A stretch of DNA of 11,651 bases from a virus (lineage: Duplodnaviria > Heunggongvirae > Uroviricota > Caudoviricetes): IMG/VR virus record IMGVR_UViG_2657245006_000001, one strand, 5' to 3'. The notes beneath the pieces are model-generated. The model was not told where the DNA came from. It was given only the letters and a program-made list of their open reading frames with translations, and did not search any database. Of this stretch, positions 5,849-11,651 are shown piece after piece. The translations under genes were made by a program, and so were the position numbers. Every line of letters starts with the position of its first letter. Within the stretch, counting starts at the first letter, position 1.

Positions 5849-6487
5849 ATGAGCAAGCAAACTATATCTGAACGCATAACCCAACGTATGCATGCGCTAA
5901 ACCTGAAAGGCAAAGACCTTGTCAATGGCACTGGCGCATCAAAAGGCTCCGTAAGTCAATGGATGAACGGTGGAGGAGCGCCGTCCTCGCGTTACATAAG
6001 TTCACTGGCAAAAATATTGAAAGTAAACGAAAATTGGCTTCTTAATGGAGGAGAGTTAAATACAGGTGATTCGCTTGATCTATCTTTACCGCCGATAAAA
6101 ACGGTTCCGCTACTATCACTTCAGCAGGCAGCAAGCTGGAGTGATTATATGAAAAATTCCTCAATAACCTCTTGTGTGCAGCTTGTCGGAGAAATCCCGG
6201 TCAATACCTTTGCAGTTGTTCTAGAGAGTGACAGTATGTCAACATCTGGTGGGGGAGTTTCCATCCCAAATGGTTCAACAGTTTTTGTTGATCCCGATCG
6301 AACCGTACAACCAGGAAATATTGTCCTTGCCTTACCCAAAGGGACCACAACACCTGTCATTCGTAAACTGGAGATAGAAGGGCCGGATATTCTTTTAGTC
6401 CCCACGAATCCTCGCTACCCTTCAATTATGCTGGATGATCTATCTTGCATATTGGGCGTATGCTTTAAAATTCAACAAGATATTTAA
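5849..6487 (+). CDS. cI: CI-like prophage repressor, 212 aa: N-terminal XRE-type HTH plus C-terminal S24 (LexA-like) autopeptidase domain
   Basis: ATG at 5849, TAA at 6485-6487. N-terminal HTH (ISERITQRMHALNLKGKDLVNGTGASKGSVSQWMNG). C-terminal domain has the Ser nucleophile context ESDSM and a downstream Lys (VIRKLEIEG), as in LexA and lambda CI. Confidence 0.85.
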   Translation: MSKQTISERITQRMHALNLKGKDLVNGTGASKGSVSQWMNGGGAPSSRYISSLAKILKVNENWLLNGGELNTGDSLDLSLPPIKTVPLLSLQQAASWSDYMKNSSITSCVQLVGEIPVNTFAVVLESDSMSTSGGGVSIPNGSTVFVDPDRTVQPGNIVLALPKGTTTPVIRKLEIEGPDILLVPTNPRYPSIMLDDLSCILGVCFKIQQDI

Positions 6488-6571
6488 CCAACCTCATCTA
6501 TTTGATTAACTGTATGCCATCGTGGTGATGGCTTAACAGCTGCCTGCTTAAAATGTTTTGATAAAAAAACA

Positions 6572-6600
6572 TTGACCTGGAAAGTTCGTCTTTCTAAACT
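6572..6600 (+). promoter_or_regulatory. Candidate early-left (pL-like) promoter
   Basis: TTGACC (6572-6577), 17-nt spacer, TAAACT (6595-6600), with an A-tract just upstream (6561-6570). A short hairpin GCCATC-gtggt-GATGGC (6516-6532) follows the cI stop. Confidence 0.35.
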
Positions 6601-6779
6601 TCATTCATTCCCTCACCCCATCCTACAGAATGCAGGGCAATACTTCGAGTTACCAGGCAGTGGTCAGGGGTTAAGTAGCCAGCCCGAGGCGTAAGAACAT
6701 GACGGCAGGGTTCAACTTTAATAACTATGCAGCAGGTTTTTGTTCCGCTACCCCGGCGTTAAGGGGAAATGAGGTCAGC

Positions 6780-6935
6780 ATGGATACTATCGATCTTGGC
6801 AACAACGAATCTCTGGTGTACGGCGTGTTTCCAAACCAGGACGGCACCTTCACCGCAATGACGTATACCAAAAGCAAAACGTTTAAAACCGAAAATGGTG
6901 CCCGTCGCTGGCTGGAAAGAAACTCAGGTGAGTGA
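6780..6935 (+). CDS. Small hypothetical protein, 51 aa (alternative start at 6699 gives 78 aa)
   Basis: ATG at 6780 with GAGG 5 nt upstream; the ATG at 6699 has GAGG 9 nt upstream. Product MDTIDLGNNESLVYGVFPNQDGTFTAMTYTKSKTFKTENGARRWLERNSGE. Possibly YdaF-like by size and position (recalled, unverified). Confidence 0.5.
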   Translation: MDTIDLGNNESLVYGVFPNQDGTFTAMTYTKSKTFKTENGARRWLERNSGE

Positions 6936-6936
6936 T

Positions 6937-7065
6937 ATGGATTTTGACACAATCATGGAAAAGGCTTACGAAGAATACTTCGAAGGCCTTGCCGAAGGCG
7001 AAGAAGCTCACAGCTTCAACGAATTTAAACAGGCGCTTTCCAGTTCGGCAAAATCTAACGGCTGA
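6937..7065 (+). CDS. Small acidic hypothetical protein, 42 aa
   Basis: ATG at 6937, one nucleotide after the upstream TGA, with AGGTGAG upstream. Product MDFDTIMEKAYEEYFEGLAEGEEAHSFNEFKQALSSSAKSNG, stop at 7063-7065. The track ORF 6932..7141 is in another frame and looks spurious. Confidence 0.45.
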   Translation: MDFDTIMEKAYEEYFEGLAEGEEAHSFNEFKQALSSSAKSNG

Positions 7066-7094
7066 TAAGCGAAACAGCACCGCGAGGAATCAGT

Positions 7095-7313
7095 ATGCAG
7101 AAACGAGAACCCGTCATCATCGCGCCAGACTATACCGATGATGAACTTTATGAGTGGATGCGCCAGAAAATTAATGCAGCGCAGGATCTGAAATGGGCCA
7201 ATGAAGCCAGGGCTAAGCAGGCTGAAAATCTGTCCGCTCTGGAGCAGGATATCACCAATCTGGAAAAAGCAGCGGCATTAAGCATTGCCAGAATGATTAC
7301 ATACCCGCGTTAA
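7095..7313 (+). CDS. Hypothetical protein, 72 aa, probably helical
   Basis: ATG at 7095 with GAGG 7 nt upstream; TAA at 7311-7313. No recognisable family. Confidence 0.6.
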   Translation: MQKREPVIIAPDYTDDELYEWMRQKINAAQDLKWANEARAKQAENLSALEQDITNLEKAAALSIARMITYPR

Positions 7314-7668
7314 TAGCTAACCAACGAAGCTAAGGTTGGTAATTAAGGAGTTCTCCACGGGTGAGGTGGAGTGCGTGCGCCGGACACGGGTGAGCATCCG
7401 GCACTGACAGTTTACTGAAAGGATATTTCCCTGAAAAGTCAGACCATAACGCGAAAGCGCACGGCGAGGTAGCTGGTTCATAGATAGCCTGTCGTTAAAT
7501 TTTCGTCGACCGTGCGCTTCCGGTTGTGGCAACCCGCGAAATGGTGCGGCGGTAAGTATGGCGGGGTTATTTCTTCCCCGTTGAGGACACCGGGTTGTCA
7601 GGTTGACCATACGCTTAAGTGACAACCCCGCTGCAACGCCCTCTGTTATCAATTTTCTGGTGACGTTT
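7314..7668 (+). other. GC-rich structured non-coding block with no ORF (candidate structured RNA, regulatory element or gene remnant)
   Basis: All three plus frames are full of stops; the only minus ORF (7317..7652) starts at a non-ATG codon and is Arg-rich. Perfect stems: 7455-7464 with 7510-7519 (10 bp), 7592-7600 with 7620-7628 (9 bp), 7379-7384 with 7397-7402, 7320-7325 with 7335-7340. CACGGGTGAG repeated at 7356 and 7385. A sampled line hand-counts to about 60% GC. Confidence 0.3.
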
Positions 7669-7711
7669 GGCGGTATCAGTTTTACTCCGTGACTGCTCTG
7701 CCGCCCTTTTT
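7669..7711 (+). terminator. Candidate intrinsic terminator at the end of the structured block
   Basis: GGCGG (7669-7673) pairs with CCGCC (7701-7705); an imperfect inner stem extends the hairpin; T-run at 7707-7711 follows. A U-tract exists only for the plus strand. Confidence 0.4.
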
Positions 7712-7880
7712 AAAGTGAATTTTGTGATGTGGTGAATGCGGCTGAGCGCACGCGGAACAGTTAAAACCAAAAACAGTGTTATGGGTGGATTCTCTGTATC
7801 CGGCGTTAATTGTTAACTGGTTAACGTCACCTGGAGGCACCAGGCACTGCATCACAAAATTCATTGTTGAGGACGCGATA

Positions 7881-8069
7881 ATGAAAACGTTATTACCAAA
7901 CGTTAATACGTCTGAAGGTTGTTTTGAAATTGGTGTCACTATCAGTAACCCAGTATTTACTGAAGATGCCATTAACAAGAGAAAACAAGAACGGGAGCTA
8001 TTAAATAAAATATGCATTGTTTCAATGCTGGCTCGTTTACGTCTGATGCCAAAAGGATGTGCACAATGA
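7881..8069 (+). CDS. Small hypothetical protein, 62 aa
   Basis: ATG at 7881 with GAGGA 7 nt upstream; its stop overlaps the next ATG (ATGA at 8066-8069). Product MKTLLPNVNTSEGCFEIGVTISNPVFTEDAINKRKQERELLNKICIVSMLARLRLMPKGCAQ. Confidence 0.5.
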   Translation: MKTLLPNVNTSEGCFEIGVTISNPVFTEDAINKRKQERELLNKICIVSMLARLRLMPKGCAQ

Positions 8070-8257
8070 ATTCAGCATTTGTGCTTGTTCTGACAGTTTT
8101 TCTTGTTTCCGGAGAGCCAGTTGATATTGCAGTCAGTGTTCACAGGACAATGCAGGAGTGTATGACTGCAGCAACCGAACAGAAAATTCCCGGTAACTGT
8201 TACCCGGTCGATAAAGTTATTCACCAGGATAATATCGAAATCCCGGCAGGTCTTTAA
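8066..8257 (+). CDS. Small protein, 63 aa, with N-terminal signal peptide or membrane anchor
   Basis: ATG at 8066, coupled to the upstream gene. Product MNSAFVLVLTVFLVSGEPVDIAVSVHRTMQECMTAATEQKIPGNCYPVDKVIHQDNIEIPAGL; hydrophobic N-terminus, three Cys in the soluble part. Confidence 0.5.
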   Translation: MNSAFVLVLTVFLVSGEPVDIAVSVHRTMQECMTAATEQKIPGNCYPVDKVIHQDNIEIPAGL

Positions 8258-8349
8258 AACAGTTCCGTAATAAATATCCGGTTTCATTCTTATATGCCAG
8301 CAATGGCAGGGATTTGTTCATCCTTAAATCTGTCATGAGGTTAAAACAA

Positions 8350-10821
8350 ATGAGTAAAGTCTTTATTTGCGCCGCTATTCCTGACGAACTGGCAACAAGG
8401 GAAGAAGGCGCTGTGGCTGTAGCCACAGCCATTGAAGCTGGCGACGAACGCCGTGCTCGAGCAAAATTTCACTGGCAATTCCTGGAACATTATCCGGCTG
8501 CTCAGGACTGCGCTTATAAATTTATTGTCTGCGAGGATAAACCTGGCATACCCCGCCCTGCCCTCGATTCATGGGATGCTGAATATATGCAGGAAAACCG
8601 CTGGGATGAGGAGTCTGCTTCTTTTGTCCCGGTTGAGACTGAATCCGATCCGATGAACGTCACTTTTGACAAGCTGGCCCCTGAAGTACAGAACGCTGTC
8701 ATGGTTAAGTTCGACACATGTGAAAACATCACCGTTGATATGGTTATTAGCGCACAGGAATTGTTGCAGGAAGACATGGCAACATTCGACGGACATATCG
8801 TTGAAGCGTTGATGAAAATGCCAGAAGTTAACGCCATGTATCCGGAGCTTAAGTTGCACGCCATTGGGTGGGTTAAGCATAAATGTATTCCTGGTGCTAA
8901 ATGGCCCGAAATTCAGGCAGAGATGCGCATCTGGAAAAAACGTCGCGAAGGTGAACGCAAGGAAACCGGAAAATACACGTCTGTTGTTGATCTCGCCCGC
9001 GCCAGAGCCAATCAACAGTACACTGAAAATTCAACAGGAAAAATCAGCCCGGTCATTGCTGCCATTCATCGCGAATACAAGCAGACATGGAAAACACTGG
9101 ATGACGAACTGGCCTACGCTCTCTGGCCTGGTGATGTGGATGCCGGAAACATTGACGGCAGCATCCATCGCTGGGCAAAAAATGAAGTTATCGACAACGA
9201 CCGCGAAGACTGGAAGCGTATCTCGGCATCAATGCGCAAACAGCCTGATGCCCTTCGCTACGACCGCCAAACTATTTTTGGCCTTGTCCGTGAGCGTCCG
9301 ATCGACATTCACAAAGATCCCGTAGCACTGAACAAATATATCTGCGAATACCTGACGACAAAGGGCGTGTTTGAGAATGAAGAAACAGACCTGGGCACTG
9401 TTGATGTTCTCCAGTCATCAGAAACACAAACTGATGCAGTGGAAACTGAGGTATCTGATATCCCAAAAAATGAAACCGCGCCGGAAGCTGAACCATCTGT
9501 AGAGCGTGAGGGGCCGTTCTATTTCCTCTTCGCAGATAAGGACGGAGAAAAATACGGTCGCGCAAACAAACTTTCTGGTCTGGATAAGGCACTGGCTGCT
9601 GGCGCCACTGAAATCACAAAAGAAGAATATTTTGCCCGAAAAAATGGCACATACACGGGCTTACCGCAAAATGTAGATACCGCTGAAGATTCAGAACAAC
9701 CAGAGCCGATAAAAGTTACCGCTGACGAAGTAAACAAAATTATGCAGGCAGCCAATATCATCCAGCCTGACGCCGATAAGTTGCTTGCTGCATCACGTGG
9801 TGAATTTGTTGAAGGGATTAGTGACCCGAATGATCCGAAATGGGTTAAGGGGATCCAGACCCGCGATTCTGTGAACCAGAACCAGCATGAATCGGAACGG
9901 AACTACCAAAAAGCGGAACAAAACAGCCCAAATGCGTTACAAAACGAGCCAGAAACGAAACAGCCTGAATCAGTGGCGCAACAGGAAGTGGAAAAAGTCT
10001 GCACCGCCTGCGGTCAGACCGGCGGCGGCAACTGCCCTGATTGTGGCGCGGTAATGGGCGACGCAACATACCAGGAAACATTCGATGAAGAGTATCAGAT
10101 TGAAGTTCAGGAAGATGATCCGGAGGAAATGGAAGGCGCTGAACATCCACACAAGGAGAACACTGGCGGCAATCAGCATCACGATAGCGATAATGAAACT
10201 GGCGAGACGGCAGATCACTCAATTAAGGTGAACGGTCATCAAGAAATCACATCCACCAGCAGGACGTGTGACCATCTAATGATCGACCTTGAAACCATGG
10301 GAAAAAATCCTGATGCCCCGATCATCTCAATAGGTGCAATATTTTTCGATCCGCAAACCGGAGATATGGGACCGGAATTTAGTAAGACTATCGATCTGGA
10401 AACTGCTGGCGGAGTCATTGATCGGGACACCATTAAATGGTGGCTTAAGCAATCACGCGAAGCGCAATCTGCCATTATGACCGATGAAATCCCGTTAGAT
10501 GATGCACTGTTACAATTGTGGGAATTTATCGACGAAAACTCCGGTGAATTTTTTGTTCAGGTCTGGGGAAATGGAGCCAACTTCGACAACACGATTTTGC
10601 GCCGTTCATACGAACGGCAGGGGATCCCCTGCCCGTGGCGTTACTACAACGATCGCGATGTACGCACAATCGTTGAGCTGGGGAAAGCCATAGACTTCGA
10701 TGCCAGAACGGCTATTCCATTCGAAGGTGAGCGCCATAATGCACTTGATGACGCCCGTTACCAGGCAAAATACGTTTCAGTTATCTGGCAAAAACTGATC
10801 CCGAGTCAGGCTGATTCTTAA
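8350..10821 (+). CDS. Large early-left protein, about 823 aa: long N-terminal region of unknown function, acidic linker, C4 zinc ribbon, C-terminal DEDDh 3'-5' exonuclease domain
   Basis: Preferred ATG at 8350 with GAGG upstream (the track ORF starts at a TTG at 8314); TAA at 10819-10821. C-terminal roughly 190 aa (from about 10264) carries DEDDh motifs: MIDLET, WGNGANFD, HNALDDA. Zinc ribbon CTACGQTGGGNCPDCG near 10000-10046. Possibly related to proteins annotated as exodeoxyribonuclease VIII in prophages (recalled, unverified). Confidence 0.8.
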   Translation: MSKVFICAAIPDELATREEGAVAVATAIEAGDERRARAKFHWQFLEHYPAAQDCAYKFIVCEDKPGIPRPALDSWDAEYMQENRWDEESASFVPVETESDPMNVTFDKLAPEVQNAVMVKFDTCENITVDMVISAQELLQEDMATFDGHIVEALMKMPEVNAMYPELKLHAIGWVKHKCIPGAKWPEIQAEMRIWKKRREGERKETGKYTSVVDLARARANQQYTENSTGKISPVIAAIHREYKQTWKTLDDELAYALWPGDVDAGNIDGSIHRWAKNEVIDNDREDWKRISASMRKQPDALRYDRQTIFGLVRERPIDIHKDPVALNKYICEYLTTKGVFENEETDLGTVDVLQSSETQTDAVETEVSDIPKNETAPEAEPSVEREGPFYFLFADKDGEKYGRANKLSGLDKALAAGATEITKEEYFARKNGTYTGLPQNVDTAEDSEQPEPIKVTADEVNKIMQAANIIQPDADKLLAASRGEFVEGISDPNDPKWVKGIQTRDSVNQNQHESERNYQKAEQNSPNALQNEPETKQPESVAQQEVEKVCTACGQTGGGNCPDCGAVMGDATYQETFDEEYQIEVQEDDPEEMEGAEHPHKENTGGNQHHDSDNETGETADHSIKVNGHQEITSTSRTCDHLMIDLETMGKNPDAPIISIGAIFFDPQTGDMGPEFSKTIDLETAGGVIDRDTIKWWLKQSREAQSAIMTDEIPLDDALLQLWEFIDENSGEFFVQVWGNGANFDNTILRRSYERQGIPCPWRYYNDRDVRTIVELGKAIDFDARTAIPFEGERHNALDDARYQAKYVSVIWQKLIPSQADS

Positions 10822-10832
10822 TGTTCAACTGT

Positions 10833-10864
10833 CGCCGGTTGTGACTGGTATTCTGCAACCGGCG
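10833..10864 (+). promoter_or_regulatory. Strong hairpin between the exonuclease gene and xis
   Basis: CGCCGGTTG (10833-10841) pairs with CAACCGGCG (10856-10864): 9-bp perfect stem, 14-nt loop, no U-tract after it. Confidence 0.3.
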
Positions 10865-10893
10865 CTCGTCTGATGTAAGAGATAAAGAAATCG

Positions 10894-11145
10894 ATGAGCG
10901 AAGTAATCATGATTGTCTCTCCCGGCAAATGGGTATCCGAAGAGCAGTTAATTGCGCTGAAAGGAATAAAAAAAGGTACGTTAAAAAAGGCCCGGGAAAA
11001 ATCGTTTATGGAAGGAAGGGAATATAAGCATGTCGCTCATGACGGTATGCCATGGGATAACAGTCCATGCTTTTACAACCTGGAAGAAATTGATCGCTGG
11101 ATTGAGCGCCAGGCATCAGCAAGACCAAGACGTCATCTTACTTGA
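10894..11145 (+). CDS. xis: Excisionase (lambda Xis-like), 83 aa
   Basis: ATG at 10894, TGA at 11143-11145, immediately upstream of the integrase. Contains GREY in ...KKAREKSFMEGREYKHVAHDG..., recalled as resembling the lambda Xis motif ...VKDGREYLFHESA.... Shine-Dalgarno is weak. Confidence 0.65.
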   Translation: MSEVIMIVSPGKWVSEEQLIALKGIKKGTLKKAREKSFMEGREYKHVAHDGMPWDNSPCFYNLEEIDRWIERQASARPRRHLT

Positions 11146-11179
11146 CTAAAAGCCACACTAACTAATGAGAGAAATTGAA

Positions 11180-11651
11180 ATGAAATATCCGACAGGCGTG
11201 GAAAACCATGGAGGGAAATTACGTATCTGGTTTGTTTATAAAGGCGTAAGAGTCAGGGAAAACCTGGGGGTTCCTGACACAGCAAAAAACAGGCGCGTTG
11301 CAGGTGAGCTACGCGCCTCTGTTTGTTACGCAATAAAAACTGGTGTTTTCGACTATGCAAAACAGTTTCCCTCCTCACGCAATCTGGAAAAATTTGGTGA
11401 GACCCGACAAGATTTAACCATAAAAGAACTGGCTGAAAAATTTCTGGCACTGAAAGAAACTGAAGTCGCAAAAACATCACTCAACACATACCGTGCCGTC
11501 ATCAAAAATATCCTGAGCATAATCGGTGAAAAAAATCTTGCCTCATCGATTAATAAAGAAAAATTACTGGAGGTTCGTAAAGAGCGTAAGCGTGCAGCAA
11601 GAACCGTATTGACGGGGATGTGTTATTCAGTCGGCAGTGCTACGCGCCAGG
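11180..11651 (+). CDS. int: Tyrosine integrase, N-terminal arm-binding part only (gene continues beyond window end)
   Basis: ATG at 11180 with GAGAG upstream; open to the window end (157 codons). N-terminus MKYPTGVENHGGKLRIWFVYKGVRVRENLG... follows the pattern recalled for Rac IntR-type integrases (PTGVE..G..RIWF...G.R.RE.L). Confidence 0.85.
   Translation, partial: MKYPTGVENHGGKLRIWFVYKGVRVRENLGVPDTAKNRRVAGELRASVCYAIKTGVFDYAKQFPSSRNLEKFGETRQDLTIKELAEKFLALKETEVAKTSLNTYRAVIKNILSIIGEKNLASSINKEKLLEVRKERKRAARTVLTGMCYSVGSATRQ

Noticed and set aside
3034-6405. Track ORFs overlapping the 118-aa gene (3034..3366, 3199..3384), the initiator (3750..4199, 4238..4498, 4693..4884, 4891..5157), ydaT (5167..5448, 5334..5549) and cI (6145..6405).
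   Set aside because: Each overlaps a longer, better-supported gene with start signals and coupling; none has its own Shine-Dalgarno.
6725-7080. Minus-strand track ORFs 6725..6952 and 6883..7080 antisense to the small early-left genes.
   Set aside because: They overlap plus-strand genes that have ribosome-binding sites and sit in a consistently plus-oriented operon.
6932-7141. 69-aa plus-strand ORF from the track.
   Set aside because: Basic, low-complexity product overlapping two better-supported genes in other frames (the 42-aa gene at 6937-7065 and the start of the 72-aa gene).
7317-7652. 111-aa minus-strand ORF inside the GC-rich structured block.
   Set aside because: It begins at a non-ATG codon, has no Shine-Dalgarno and is Arg-rich with low complexity, as expected for a chance ORF in GC-rich paired sequence.
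7314-7711. Retron, tRNA or tmRNA explanation for the structured block.
   Set aside because: No reverse transcriptase gene is adjacent, and no tRNA T-loop-like motif or CCA-bearing acceptor arrangement was seen. A structured RNA of unknown class remains possible, so it is reported as a finding.
7682-8432. Track ORFs 7682..8017, 8072..8287 and 8217..8432 on the minus strand, and the long N-terminal extensions of 7776..8069 and 8012..8257.
   Set aside because: The minus ORFs are antisense to the coupled 62-aa and 63-aa genes; the extensions precede internal ATGs that have proper Shine-Dalgarno sequences.
8432-10693. Ten track ORFs of 64-153 aa on either strand inside the large exonuclease gene.
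   Set aside because: All are nested in, or antisense to, the uninterrupted 823-codon reading frame with recognisable domains, and have low-complexity products.
6699-10821. A RecET or Red-type recombination pair, and a lambda N antiterminator, expected in the early-left operon.
   Set aside because: No annealase-sized ORF and no small Arg-rich N-like protein is present; the exonuclease domain is DEDDh 3'-5' rather than lambda Exo or RecE type.
11253-11480. 75-aa minus-strand ORF inside the integrase gene.
   Set aside because: Antisense to a clearly recognisable integrase N-terminus.

Overview
This window reads as the complete early region of a lambdoid prophage of an Escherichia-like enterobacterium, a mosaic of Rac-type and Qin-type modules. 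All calls come from reading the sequence and the ORF track by eye; no homology search or folding was run, so family names are recalled and need confirmation. Minus-strand (rightward operon, read from high to low coordinates): Cro-like repressor, YdaT-type CII analogue, replication initiator with iteron arrays inside its own gene, several small proteins (two acidic, translationally coupled), an AT-rich island with a 59-aa two-helix membrane protein, a hok/sok-type toxin locus, a DUF968 protein, and the first 16 codons of a Q-like antiterminator at the window edge. Plus-strand (leftward operon): LexA-like CI repressor, three small ORFs, a ~400-bp GC-rich structured block with no ORF ending in a terminator, two small overlapping genes, an ~823-aa protein with a C-terminal DEDDh 3'-5' exonuclease domain, Xis, and the start of a tyrosine integrase. 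The features least explained by standard annotation are the structured non-coding block (7314-7711), the phased GTGAC iteron arrays (4569-4910), the acidic small-protein pair with an SD-hairpin-AUG arrangement (2641-3025), and the AT-rich membrane-protein island (1978-2327).
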